From contig JBLINH010000003.1 in NCBI GenBank assembly GCA_047639165.1, positions 1-44,858 on the forward strand: a stretch of 44,858 bases of DNA, written 5' to 3'. This stretch comes from Minisyncoccia bacterium. GTDB taxonomy: Bacteria; Patescibacteriota; Minisyncoccia; Phycocordibacterales; JAACPR01. Below the pieces are notes generated by a model. It saw only the letters and a list, made by a program, of their open reading frames with translations, made no database searches and was not told the origin of the DNA. Position 1 is the stretch's first letter. Every line of letters starts with the position of its first letter. Below are positions 26,826-36,964 of the stretch, in pieces. The position numbers and the translations under genes are program-made.

Positions 26826-28106
26826 TTACAACTTCCCTTTCAAATATGAAAGTATTTCTTCAACCTTAACCTTCTCCTGCTTTCCAGTATCTCTGTCTCT
26901 CACAGTAACCTCTCCCTCCTCTAGAGTTTCAAAATCAACAGTTACACAAAGTGGTGTTCCTATCTCATCTTGTCTTCTGTATCTCTTTCCAACATTCCCA
27001 TTGTCATCAAACATAACTTGTGGAATCTCTTTTCGAATAGAATCAAATATTTCTCTAGCTTTTGAAACCAACTCTGGTTTGTTTTTAAGTAGAGGAAAGA
27101 CTGCAACTTTCACTGGTGCAACTTCTGGTTTCAATTTCAAGAAAACTCTCTTCTCTCCATTCATCTCATCTTCTGTGTATGCAGAAACCAAGACTGCAAG
27201 AACTGACCTATCAACTCCGAGTGATGGCTCAATCACATGAGGTACTATCTTTTCTCCTGTATCTGGCATTACGTAGTTTAGATTATGATTGGTTAGATCA
27301 TAGTTAGTTCTATATGCTAAACCATATAATTCCTTCTTTCCAAATGGAAATTCAAACTCAAAATCAATAGTTTTCTCTGAGTAGTGCGCTCTATCATCTC
27401 CTTCTACATCAAGTTCACTAACCGAATCTTTCTCAAGACCGATTCTCTCAACATACTCCCACATTACTTTCTTCCACTCCTCGAAGTGCTTCTCCCAATC
27501 ATTTTCATTTACAAAATATTCTACTTCCATTTGTTCAAACTCTCGTACTCTAAAGATAAAATCTCTTGGTGCAATTTCATTTCTGAACGCTTTACCGATT
27601 TGTCCTATTCCAAAAGGAAGTTTTGGATGGAATGAATCAATAATGTTTTTAAAGTTTACAAAAATACCTTGTGCAGTTTCAGGTCTAAGATACGATACAT
27701 CCTTACCAGATACACCAACCTTTGTTTCAAACATCATATTAAATTGTTTTGCCTCACCAAGATCTCCTTTACATTCTGGACAACTATCTCCTTCTATATG
27801 ATCTGCTCTAAATCTTTTTTTACATTTAGTACACTCAACCATTGGATCAGAGAACCCATCGACATGTCCACTAGCTTCCCAAACTTTTGAACTCATAAGG
27901 ATAGAAGCATCTAGTCCGTAAACATCTTCACGACTATCAACAAACATACTCCACCAAATGTTTTTAATATTGTTCTTCAAAGAAACTCCTAGAGGTCCGT
28001 AGTCATATGTACCAGCGAGACCACCGTACACCTCAGAACCCTGGTATATAAAACCACGCCTTTTGGCTAAAGAAACTATGTCTTCCATGTTTACGTCTTT
28101 TTTCAT
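26826..28106 (-). CDS. glyQS: Glycine--tRNA ligase, homodimeric (eukaryote/archaea-like) type
   Basis: YDYGPLG, LRPETAQG, GKAFRNEI, REFEQME, VIEPSLG, GKRYRRQDEIGTP. Confidence 0.97.
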   Translation of the reverse strand: MKKDVNMEDIVSLAKRRGFIYQGSEVYGGLAGTYDYGPLGVSLKNNIKNIWWSMFVDSREDVYGLDASILMSSKVWEASGHVDGFSDPMVECTKCKKRFRADHIEGDSCPECKGDLGEAKQFNMMFETKVGVSGKDVSYLRPETAQGIFVNFKNIIDSFHPKLPFGIGQIGKAFRNEIAPRDFIFRVREFEQMEVEYFVNENDWEKHFEEWKKVMWEYVERIGLEKDSVSELDVEGDDRAHYSEKTIDFEFEFPFGKKELYGLAYRTNYDLTNHNLNYVMPDTGEKIVPHVIEPSLGVDRSVLAVLVSAYTEDEMNGEKRVFLKLKPEVAPVKVAVFPLLKNKPELVSKAREIFDSIRKEIPQVMFDDNGNVGKRYRRQDEIGTPLCVTVDFETLEEGEVTVRDRDTGKQEKVKVEEILSYLKGKL

Positions 28107-28129
28107 ATCGATATATTACCTTAATTAAT

Positions 28130-30034
28130 CTATTCTACAACTTCACCATTGGCGACACTATCCGTAATAGTAGTTGGAGAAACCATATTTTTAGAAATTG
28201 TTGATTTTGTATATGTGTCTTGAGCCTTGAATACAGTATTCTTTATCAAAGGTAAATAAGTACCTATCTGAGTAGTACTTGGAATTAAAGACACTTTGAA
28301 AGATGCTGTCCTTTTAGGCAGTGTATACCCAGATCCAGCAGAAACATTTCCGACTTCCCAAACTATAGATTTTGACACACTGTCGTAACTAAAATCTTCT
28401 CCACTCGGAGAAACTACACCGGCCCAATCAACATACTCTGGCAGTACAGCTATTATTCTCGCGTTTGATAAATCACTAGATGTATTAGATATATCCCACT
28501 GAATTGTATATGTAGTTTTTTGATCTACCTTAGGTGGTATTGGACCTGAGTTTGCTATCGATCCTACTCCGTAGAAAGACGCTGCTGATGTATCTACTTT
28601 TGAATTAAACTTTATGTTTTTAAATACAGTAGAAACAATTTCCTCTTCAACATTATTTTCATTAACTCTTCTACCTTTTACTGTTGCTTCAAAGTTAATT
28701 TCTGGATTACCAACACCAAATAAGCTCTTTGAAGAAAAATCAAAGGACACAGTTCCTTCTTTTCTTGGAAGAATCTCTTTAAACCTATCATCTGTATTTG
28801 GTGTCCAAACTATTGTGTCGTCTATTGATCTATATAGTCCTGTTCTTGAGCTTATTTTTTTTTCGTCTACAGCACTTCCTGATATCTTAACTTCTATAGT
28901 AGCGTTATATATTGGGTCATCTAAATTGTTATTATACTGAACACTAGCTGAAATAGTCTGCCCTAAATCTTTAACAATTTCATCTGAAGTGTTGCCATCA
29001 AAAGCTATATCTAAACCAAAGAATGATTTTTTTATCGTTACAGATCTAAGTAAACTAGTAAACACAACTTCCATTTCACTTCTATTTATTGCATCAGCTA
29101 ATCCAGTTTCGAATTTAAATATTCTTTCCTCATTGTTTTGTCCCTCTAGTCTTCCTTTTATTTCAAAAGTTTTAGTGTCATTAGGATCCAAACTTTTAAT
29201 TAACCATGTGCCGTCATCAATAGGTTCTAGGTCTGAATCTAGAAACGTAAACCCAAATGGATAATCAACTGTAACTAAAACATTTTCTAATCTTGTATTT
29301 GAATTAGAATTAACTTCCACATCAAACTTAATGTCCTGACTAGAACTAATTTCTTTTATATTATTCACTCCGATTCTTATTGGTGATGACTGTAATACAA
29401 TATTGTATATCTTTTTCTTTTCAAAAACTGCTGTTGAATCAGCTAATCTATACTCTACTCTTACTTCAATTTCTTTATTCTCGTATTCCTCACCAAACAA
29501 AACTGATCTCTTTGTTTTCTTTACAATTGAATTAGGTGAAATATTTCCGAGTGTTTCCCTGTCTCGTGTAAGACTATCCTTGATAGAGTCTGGGTTTTTT
29601 GTGTTGGATGGGTACTCAATTATCAAATCAACTACTTCAAGTCCTACTTGATTATTGTTCTGAACAATAATATCAAGAGACAGTTCCTCACCACCACCAA
29701 TTTGAACTGGACCAATGATTGTTATATCTACATCGCTCCCCGATACTGTTTGAATCCCTTGGGAAAATACAAAAAGTCCGTAACCTACAGACACAGCAAA
29801 GAAAACGAAGGCTAAAATGAAAATAACTTTAAAAGCATTAAATTTACTTTTACCTGAAAAATCTCTCTCAAGTTCTTCATCAATACCTTTCTCCCCTCCC
29901 CAGTCAGTATTTAAATTACTTTCTTCTCTATTTAGTATTCTTCGCTTACGTACGTCAAAAGTTTCTCCGGGTGTATAGAGTCTTTCTTGTAACTTTTCTA
30001 ATTTTGACGAATCGTCGTTTTTAAACTCGTCCAT
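28130..30034 (-). CDS. Single-TM membrane-anchored multi-beta-sandwich hypothetical protein
   Basis: One TM, repeated beta-rich domains, SGPIPPKVDQKTTYTIQW; start MDEF is 7 nt after TGnTATAAT. Confidence 0.8.
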   Translation of the reverse strand: MDEFKNDDSSKLEKLQERLYTPGETFDVRKRRILNREESNLNTDWGGEKGIDEELERDFSGKSKFNAFKVIFILAFVFFAVSVGYGLFVFSQGIQTVSGSDVDITIIGPVQIGGGEELSLDIIVQNNNQVGLEVVDLIIEYPSNTKNPDSIKDSLTRDRETLGNISPNSIVKKTKRSVLFGEEYENKEIEVRVEYRLADSTAVFEKKKIYNIVLQSSPIRIGVNNIKEISSSQDIKFDVEVNSNSNTRLENVLVTVDYPFGFTFLDSDLEPIDDGTWLIKSLDPNDTKTFEIKGRLEGQNNEERIFKFETGLADAINRSEMEVVFTSLLRSVTIKKSFFGLDIAFDGNTSDEIVKDLGQTISASVQYNNNLDDPIYNATIEVKISGSAVDEKKISSRTGLYRSIDDTIVWTPNTDDRFKEILPRKEGTVSFDFSSKSLFGVGNPEINFEATVKGRRVNENNVEEEIVSTVFKNIKFNSKVDTSAASFYGVGSIANSGPIPPKVDQKTTYTIQWDISNTSSDLSNARIIAVLPEYVDWAGVVSPSGEDFSYDSVSKSIVWEVGNVSAGSGYTLPKRTASFKVSLIPSTTQIGTYLPLIKNTVFKAQDTYTKSTISKNMVSPTTITDSVANGEVVE

Positions 30035-30052
30035 TCTCAATATTATACCATG

Positions 30053-30637
30053 TTAAAGCTGGCTTTCTTTTATTGCCCTGTTGATTTCGTTGATTGCAAA
30101 CTTAGATTTTTGATTCATCTTGTCTAAGAGATCGTTATCCCATCTAAAGTGATCATCTAGAAACTCTCTGAGCTCTGCTCTACTACTTATATATCCAAGA
30201 TTATCTAAAATACGAAGTGCTAACATATATTCAATATCTAAGATGTTTTCATCTTTTATCTCCCCTTCCAAAAACTTTTTTGAAGAAGTTAGTATTTCAT
30301 ATAAACCTTCATTCTTTTCTTCACCCTGAAGCAATCTCTCAAGAAGTGCTGATACACGAGCAACAACCATAAAATTCTTGTAACTTAAACCACTCTTCAT
30401 ATTTTCTTCAGGAGAAGCATTAACAATCATCCATCCTCCTTTTCCTTTAACTAAAGAAACTTTGGAAAAACAATATGGTTGAAGAGAAAATCTAAGTTTA
30501 GATTTTAGATATCTAACTCCTTTAGCTTTAGCTTTAATCAATCCAAACTCTTTACTAAAGAGGATGATAAGATAGTCCGCTTCGTTGGAAGGGATATTGT
30601 TCATGACGAAAGCGTCAGTGTTATATATATTGTGCAT
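30053..30637 (-). CDS. recO: DNA repair protein RecO
   Basis: EADYLIILFSKEFGLIKAKAKGVR..KSKL...LQP; helical C-terminus L.ILDNLGY. Confidence 0.88.
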   Translation of the reverse strand: MHNIYNTDAFVMNNIPSNEADYLIILFSKEFGLIKAKAKGVRYLKSKLRFSLQPYCFSKVSLVKGKGGWMIVNASPEENMKSGLSYKNFMVVARVSALLERLLQGEEKNEGLYEILTSSKKFLEGEIKDENILDIEYMLALRILDNLGYISSRAELREFLDDHFRWDNDLLDKMNQKSKFAINEINRAIKESQL

Positions 30638-30638
30638 G

Positions 30639-33600
30639 TTATTCTTCTATCTTAATACCAATCTCAGTGTTCAATACTTTAACTTTTTGACCATCATTCT
30701 CTTCATATTTAACATTTAAAACATTAGTTGTTTCCATAATCTCCTTTTTATTCTTCTCGAACATTTCTTTTACATTACCTTGTGCTCCAACAACGATACC
30801 CACTTTATCAGCTGGGTTTAGTTCGGCATTCTTTCTGAGACTTTGTATTAGACGTATAACTTCTCTAACAGCTCCCTCTTCAAGAAGTCTTGGTGAAAGT
30901 TCTGTATCAAGAACAACCTTATCTTCCTGTTCTTCTTTAAAGATGACCTGTTTTACATTTACTTCATCCTTGATGATGTCCAGGAGATCATCACTCATCT
31001 TGTTTCCTTTTACAGTTATCTTCTGAATTGGTTGTCTAACTTTTATACCCACACTTGATCTAGCTTCTAGAGAGATGTTTACAATATCTCGAACCTCCTT
31101 CATTTCTTTTAGGACAGCTTCGTTAATACTTTCAGTTTGTGGCCATTTATCTAAGTGAACGCTTTTATCTAAATACTCGAAGTTCAGATTATTAACAGTC
31201 TGGTATATATTTTCAGAAACGAAAGGCATGAACGGAGCTAGTAGTTTAGAAAGTTCTCCCAAAACAAATTTGGTAGTTGAAAGTGCTAACTCTCTTTCAA
31301 AAGATTCACCCTTAAAAGTATCTCTTGATCTTCTTATGTACCAAGTTGAAAGATCATCAATAAACAAAACAAATGGTTTTGTTGCCTTATCGATTTCCAA
31401 GTTATCAAGTGCCTTTGTAACTTGGTTTCTTGTTTCTCTAAGTCTTGCGATTATCCACTTATCCAAAACATTATTACTCCTATCATTTCCAATCACAGAA
31501 GTATTTGTGTACATACTATAGAAGGTGTACACATTATCTAATCTGTTGATTATCTTCTTCACTACATCATCAACTCCTTTTTCACTAAATTTAAGTTCTT
31601 CTCCTTTTACTACTTGTGAATTCATTAGGAAAAACCTTAGAGCATCGGCTCCGTACTTGTCCAAAACAATATTAATGTCTGGATAATTTTTTAAACTCTT
31701 ACTCATTTTTCGTCCGTCCTCTGCAAGAACAAGGCCGTTAACAACTACTGACTTAAATGGAGCTTTTCCAAACAAAGCTGTGTTTATAACCATAAGTGTA
31801 TAGAACCAACCTCTTGTTTGATCTACTGCCTCAGATATGAAATCAGCTGGGAATCCTTTTGATTTCTTAAACCAGCCGCCAATGTCAAAAGTTTTATTGT
31901 TCTTTGGATATCCATTACTTGCGAAAGGAACAGATCCTGAATCCACCCAAGTATCTAATACGTCTTCTATCCTTTTGTACGTTTTACCATCTTCTTTGAA
32001 GGTGATGTTATCAATATACGGTCGATGAAAATCTAATTCGAAATCTCTGTTATGTGGAATCTTTGCAAAGTCATATGTTTTAAAGTGTCCTGTTGCAACA
32101 AAGTCATCATTCCCTTCTTTTATCTCCACTGCTTCATTAACATTAAGACCGTCCTTGATAGCTTCAAGCATCCAAACGACATATTCATGAGTTACTATCA
32201 GTATTGTTTTGTTTTCGTATGCTGAATCTATGTCATATATGAAATCCCCGACTCTCTTTCGTACGTCGCTTAGATTTTCACCTCCTGGAGGAGTTTTGAA
32301 AAACTTTTCTTTTTGATTAGAAAAATACTTTCTATATTCATGAATTGTTTTACCGTTAAAACTATCCCCAACTTGTGTTTCTTGTATTCTCTTATCAACC
32401 ACGATATTGTCATGGGATATTCCTAACTCATCTGCAACAAGCTTTGCCGTTGCATGAGTACGAAGTAGTGGTGATGTAATTATGACATCAGGCTTGTTTG
32501 ATCTTAATCCAGATGCACAAGCTGTTGCTTCTTTCGCTCCCTGCTCTGTCAGATTACTGACAATAGAGTTATCAGAACTAACAGTTTCTTTTACATTACT
32601 TTCCGCTTGACCGTGACGCATTACAAAGTATTTGTTTGTACTTCTTGTTTTCTCTTTTATGCTTTCAAGTGAACTCAGGACTTTTACATCACCTTCTTCT
32701 GATTTCCATATTGGAATTGGAGTTCCCCAATATCTTGATCTCGAGATAGACCAGTCTTTAGCTTCTTTAAGCCAATTACCAAATCTAGACTTTCCAACGT
32801 TTTCTGGAACCCACTTAATCTTGTTGTTAGCAGCGACCAATTTATCCTTTAGATCAGTAACTTTAATGAACCACGAACTCATTGCATAGTTAATTAGTGG
32901 AGCATCTGTTCTCCAGCAGTGTGGGTATGAATGAACAATCTTTTTCTTTGAGAAAAGGCTTCCTTTATGAGCAAGATGCTTAATGATCTCAATATCAGTT
33001 TTTTGGTGGTCATCTTTTGGTTTTACCTCCATACCAGCAAAATCTGTAACTTCATCTTTAAATCTTCCATTCATATGAACGTGTGAGATGATTGGTATGT
33101 TGTTTTCTTGTCCAAGACCAAGGTCTTCATCACCAAATGCAGGTGCTATATGAACTACTCCTGTTCCTTCACCAACTTCCACAAAAGAAGCAGCGTAAAT
33201 TTTCCATCCATTCTCTTTATTCTCCAAATCTTCTTGTTCACTGTAATATTTAAATACTGGTCGGTATTCTTTTCCAACAAGTTCACTCCCTTTGAAAGTT
33301 TCTAGTATTTCTACTTCTTCTTCAAAAACTTTACCTACTAATTCTTTAGCGACAATATATTTTCCACCAGGAGCTTTAACTTTTGCATATTCAACATCCT
33401 CGTTAACAGCAAGGGCTGCATTACCAGGGAGTGTCCAAGGTGTTGTTGTCCAAGCAAGAACAAAAGTATTTTGTTCTTCTAATAACTCAAACTTAGCTGT
33501 TACAGAAATATCTGTAATGTCTTTGTACCCGAGGTTCACTTCAAAGTTTGAAAGTGCTGTCTCAAGTAGTGGTGACACATGCATTGATTTAAATCCTTCG

Positions 33601-34112
33601 TAGACCAATCCTTTGTTATATAGCTCTCCGAACATCCACCATACAGATTCTGTGAATTTTGGATCCATAGTTGTATAACTATTCTCCATATCAACCCATC
33701 TACCAGTTCTTGGTATGATATCTTTCCACTCTTTGTCATATTTAAAGACACTTGCCTTAGCCTCGGCATTAAATTTTTCTACTCCAAACTCTTCAATATC
33801 TTCTTTAGTCTTTAGATTATTTTCTTCTTGAATTAGTTTTTCAATTGGAAGACCGTGACAGTCCCATCCCCACTTCCTCACCACTCTCTTTCCATTCATT
33901 GTTTGGTATCTAGGAATGATATCTTTTATAGTTCCAGGAACTAAGTGACCATAGTGTGGAAGTCCCGTAGCAAAAGGAGGACCATCGTAGAAAACATACT
34001 CACCATTTGGTGCGTCTCTATCTACTGATTTCTTAAAGAAGTCTCCTTCTTTCCAGAATTTAAGTATTTTCTCTTCTCTTTTAGCTATTTCTGTTTTATT
34101 AGAATCCTCCAT
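30639..34112 (-). CDS. ileS: Isoleucine--tRNA ligase (type 2) with an inserted histidine-phosphatase domain
   Basis: DGPPFATGLPHYGH, GWDCHGLP, WTTTPWTLP, GTGVVHIAP, DWSISRSRYWGTPIP, DQTRGWF, KMSKS; insert RHGQ...SPLLR...GENL...VTH. Confidence 0.96.
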   Translation of the reverse strand: MEDSNKTEIAKREEKILKFWKEGDFFKKSVDRDAPNGEYVFYDGPPFATGLPHYGHLVPGTIKDIIPRYQTMNGKRVVRKWGWDCHGLPIEKLIQEENNLKTKEDIEEFGVEKFNAEAKASVFKYDKEWKDIIPRTGRWVDMENSYTTMDPKFTESVWWMFGELYNKGLVYEGFKSMHVSPLLETALSNFEVNLGYKDITDISVTAKFELLEEQNTFVLAWTTTPWTLPGNAALAVNEDVEYAKVKAPGGKYIVAKELVGKVFEEEVEILETFKGSELVGKEYRPVFKYYSEQEDLENKENGWKIYAASFVEVGEGTGVVHIAPAFGDEDLGLGQENNIPIISHVHMNGRFKDEVTDFAGMEVKPKDDHQKTDIEIIKHLAHKGSLFSKKKIVHSYPHCWRTDAPLINYAMSSWFIKVTDLKDKLVAANNKIKWVPENVGKSRFGNWLKEAKDWSISRSRYWGTPIPIWKSEEGDVKVLSSLESIKEKTRSTNKYFVMRHGQAESNVKETVSSDNSIVSNLTEQGAKEATACASGLRSNKPDVIITSPLLRTHATAKLVADELGISHDNIVVDKRIQETQVGDSFNGKTIHEYRKYFSNQKEKFFKTPPGGENLSDVRKRVGDFIYDIDSAYENKTILIVTHEYVVWMLEAIKDGLNVNEAVEIKEGNDDFVATGHFKTYDFAKIPHNRDFELDFHRPYIDNITFKEDGKTYKRIEDVLDTWVDSGSVPFASNGYPKNNKTFDIGGWFKKSKGFPADFISEAVDQTRGWFYTLMVINTALFGKAPFKSVVVNGLVLAEDGRKMSKSLKNYPDINIVLDKYGADALRFFLMNSQVVKGEELKFSEKGVDDVVKKIINRLDNVYTFYSMYTNTSVIGNDRSNNVLDKWIIARLRETRNQVTKALDNLEIDKATKPFVLFIDDLSTWYIRRSRDTFKGESFERELALSTTKFVLGELSKLLAPFMPFVSENIYQTVNNLNFEYLDKSVHLDKWPQTESINEAVLKEMKEVRDIVNISLEARSSVGIKVRQPIQKITVKGNKMSDDLLDIIKDEVNVKQVIFKEEQEDKVVLDTELSPRLLEEGAVREVIRLIQSLRKNAELNPADKVGIVVGAQGNVKEMFEKNKKEIMETTNVLNVKYEENDGQKVKVLNTEIGIKIEE

Positions 34113-34153
34113 ATGTTTGTATACAATACGCTTATATTACCATTTTTCAAGTT

Positions 34154-35848
34154 CTACATCCTTTCCACCACTTTTATACCCAAAACGTCTAGTGACTTCT
34201 TGATTACATTCATTGTGGCCTCAGTTAAAGCTACTTTGTATGGAGAATTTGGATCTTTAGTATCTACAATCTGTGATTGAGCATAGAAAGAGTTGTACGC
34301 TCCTGCCACTTCAGTGGCGAAAGAGACGACTGCTTGTGGTGCATAGTTTGAGTATGCATATTTGATAACTTCAGGAAGTCTGTACAAAAGCTTTTCAAGT
34401 TCGCTAACATCCCAATCATCACTTGCCTCGCCTACTTTCACCCCTTCGGCTTTAGCTTTCTCTAGAATAGATCTAGCTCTTGTATATGTGTATTGAAGAT
34501 ACGGTCCTGAATCCCCTTCGAAAGAAACTGACTTTTCAAAATCAAAGATTATATCTTTTCCAATTGATTGTTTAAGGATTGAATACTTTATCGCACCAAC
34601 CGCAACCGCTTCTTTCACTTCTTCTTTGTTTTCAATATCTCTATCTTTGATTCTTTCTTCAACAAGTTCAGCTATGTCATCTATGATTCCTTCTCCGGTA
34701 ACGACATTACCTTTTCTTGAGCTCATCTTTCCTGATGAAAGTTTCATCATTCCGTGTGACATGTGTTTTGTCTTTGAAGCCAATTCTGGAAAAACATCAT
34801 TCATTGCAGAAAGGATAACTTTGAAGTAACTATCTTGTTCATTACCTGTAATGACAACAGAAGAGTCATAGTTGAATCTCTCTTTTTTAGCTTGAGCTAA
34901 ACCAAGTTCTTTAGCTTCATATGTAGGAAGACCTTGGGAGTTTATAAATACTCTTTTATGTAGTCCTTTTTTCTCACCGTCGTAAATTATAGCACCCTCA
35001 CTTTCTTCAAAGATTCCATTTGATATATTATCTTCCACAGTCTCCTTCCCTCTTTCTGCCTCCTCACTTTCAAAGAAGTAGTAATCAAAGTCGGTTCCAA
35101 GTCTTTCATATATTGTTTCAAAATAGTCCAGACTCCACTTTCTTCCAAGAGAGTATAGTTCATTTAAATCATCATCTGATTTTGCAAAGAGTTTTTTGTT
35201 CACCTCAAGTATCTCAGCTTTTACACCTTCATCCTCTTCAAACTTTTGTGATCCAAGTGTATACGCCTTACCCAAGAAATTAACTTTATCTTGTATTGTT
35301 TTGTCTTCATCAGGAAGATCACCTTGCTTCATACCCCATACAGCAATAGCTACATTTCTTCCCATGTCTCCCTGCCAGTTAGCTCTCTTAACATATGCTC
35401 CATTAGCTTCAGCCAACCTAGCGATGCTCTCCCCTACTGTATTACTCATTAAGTGACCAATATGAAATTCTTTAAAAGGATTTGGATCGGTAAATTCAAC
35501 AATGATCTTTTTGTTTTTCAAAGAATCATTCTCTCCAAAGTTATTATCCTTCAATATATCCTTAGTTTTTGAAAGAAAATATTCTTTTGATAGGTAGAAA
35601 TTAATAAATCCAGGTCCCGCTATCTCAATCCTATCAATCTCCTTTGGAGTATGTTTTCTAATATTCTCTACAATTTCTGTAGCTACTTCTTTAGGATTTT
35701 TCCCTGCGGCTTTAGATACTATTAAAGAAACATTTGTGGAGTAATCTCCATTTGATGTGTCAGTTGGGTGTTCAATTTGAAAATCAGCTTGTCCTAAAGA
35801 CAAGTCATTTAATGCTTTGTTTACCGTCTCTTTAATTGTTTCCTTCAT
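34154..35848 (-). CDS. argS: Arginine--tRNA ligase
   Basis: GDYSTN, AGPGFINF, PNPFKEFHIGH, KMSSRKG, GPYLQY. Confidence 0.97.
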   Translation of the reverse strand: MKETIKETVNKALNDLSLGQADFQIEHPTDTSNGDYSTNVSLIVSKAAGKNPKEVATEIVENIRKHTPKEIDRIEIAGPGFINFYLSKEYFLSKTKDILKDNNFGENDSLKNKKIIVEFTDPNPFKEFHIGHLMSNTVGESIARLAEANGAYVKRANWQGDMGRNVAIAVWGMKQGDLPDEDKTIQDKVNFLGKAYTLGSQKFEEDEGVKAEILEVNKKLFAKSDDDLNELYSLGRKWSLDYFETIYERLGTDFDYYFFESEEAERGKETVEDNISNGIFEESEGAIIYDGEKKGLHKRVFINSQGLPTYEAKELGLAQAKKERFNYDSSVVITGNEQDSYFKVILSAMNDVFPELASKTKHMSHGMMKLSSGKMSSRKGNVVTGEGIIDDIAELVEERIKDRDIENKEEVKEAVAVGAIKYSILKQSIGKDIIFDFEKSVSFEGDSGPYLQYTYTRARSILEKAKAEGVKVGEASDDWDVSELEKLLYRLPEVIKYAYSNYAPQAVVSFATEVAGAYNSFYAQSQIVDTKDPNSPYKVALTEATMNVIKKSLDVLGIKVVERM

Positions 35849-35876
35849 TGGTATAAAAATATCATTTAAAAAGGAA

Positions 35877-35906
35877 ATTGCCCAGCCGTAATTACGACTG
35901 GGCAAT
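35877..35906 (-). terminator. Hairpin/terminator after tmk
   Basis: attgcccag-ccgtaattacga-ctgggcaat. Confidence 0.6.
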
Positions 35907-35922
35907 ATATAATTCTTTTGTT

Positions 35923-36495
35923 CTAGAGCTTTTTTTTCACATGACTCCAGATTTCTTCGTGAATTTCATCAATAGATTTTCTATTGTTAATATGGATCCA
36001 GTTTCCGGACAAGATGGGTTGCCGAAAAGCTTTAGAAACTTTATCATATAACGAATCATCGATCTTATTCTTGTGATCTTTTTCTATACTCCCAGTGTAT
36101 TGAGTACCGTAGAGAAGGAAGGTTATGTCGGGTTTTAACAGATTTGTATTAATCCTCCAAAGAAGCTTAATATCAACTCCTCCACTAATTCCCCAAGCAT
36201 AACTTGTTCCAATGTAGTCTTCGGTAACGACAGGTCCTACCTCTATCATAGACTTAAGTTCACTACTATTCTCTGTCCTCCTTAAAGCATAGAGAAACTG
36301 TGTCTCACGAGGAGAAAGATCTTCTGGATGATCTTTTAAAGTGGCACTTAATGAGGTAATTGAGTTAACTGGGTCTACATATTTAGAGACTGGACCAGGT
36401 ATTTCTTCTCTTATTCTCTCAAAGAGTTTTTCAAGTTGAGTCGACTTACCGGTATTATTCATACCGCAGATAACAATAAATGGATTTTTATTCAT
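35923..36495 (-). CDS. tmk: Thymidylate kinase (divergent)
   Basis: FIVICGMNNTGKSTQ P-loop, FLYALRR, VVTEDYIGTSYAWG, KPDITFLL; context next to dut. Confidence 0.75.
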   Translation of the reverse strand: MNKNPFIVICGMNNTGKSTQLEKLFERIREEIPGPVSKYVDPVNSITSLSATLKDHPEDLSPRETQFLYALRRTENSSELKSMIEVGPVVTEDYIGTSYAWGISGGVDIKLLWRINTNLLKPDITFLLYGTQYTGSIEKDHKNKIDDSLYDKVSKAFRQPILSGNWIHINNRKSIDEIHEEIWSHVKKKL

Positions 36496-36538
36496 TTGTA
36501 CTTTCTTGTTGAATTCAAAAGAAGATTACCACAACAAA

Positions 36539-36964
36539 TTACTTGTGACCAGTAGAGCCAAAACCTCCTTCTCCTCTTTCAGAACCACTCAACTCATCAA
36601 CTTCTATTAAGTTAGCAGTTACTTTTTCTTGTATTAACATTTGCGCTACCTTGTCATGTTTTTCAAATGTATATGACTCACCAGTGATATTTATCATTAC
36701 GATATTTATTTCACCTCTATATCCAGAATCCAAAACACCAGATGTTTTTATCTGTCCTTTCTTGTATGAAACTCCACTCTTGTCCCAAACCAGTCCTACA
36801 TATCCTTTTGGAATCTCCATAGCTATTCCAGTTCTAACTAACTTTCTTTCCATTGGTAGAATAGTTGTGTCTTCCAGTGCATAGAAATCCATCCCAGCAT
36901 CATCATCTGTTGCGTATGTTGGTGCTTTAGCTTCAGGATATAGCTTTTTAAATTTAACGTCCAT
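36539..36964 (-). CDS. dut: dUTP diphosphatase
   Basis: AGMDF, KSG, GVLDSGYRGEI, AQ, RGEGGFGSTG. Confidence 0.97.
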   Translation of the reverse strand: MDVKFKKLYPEAKAPTYATDDDAGMDFYALEDTTILPMERKLVRTGIAMEIPKGYVGLVWDKSGVSYKKGQIKTSGVLDSGYRGEINIVMINITGESYTFEKHDKVAQMLIQEKVTANLIEVDELSGSERGEGGFGSTGHK

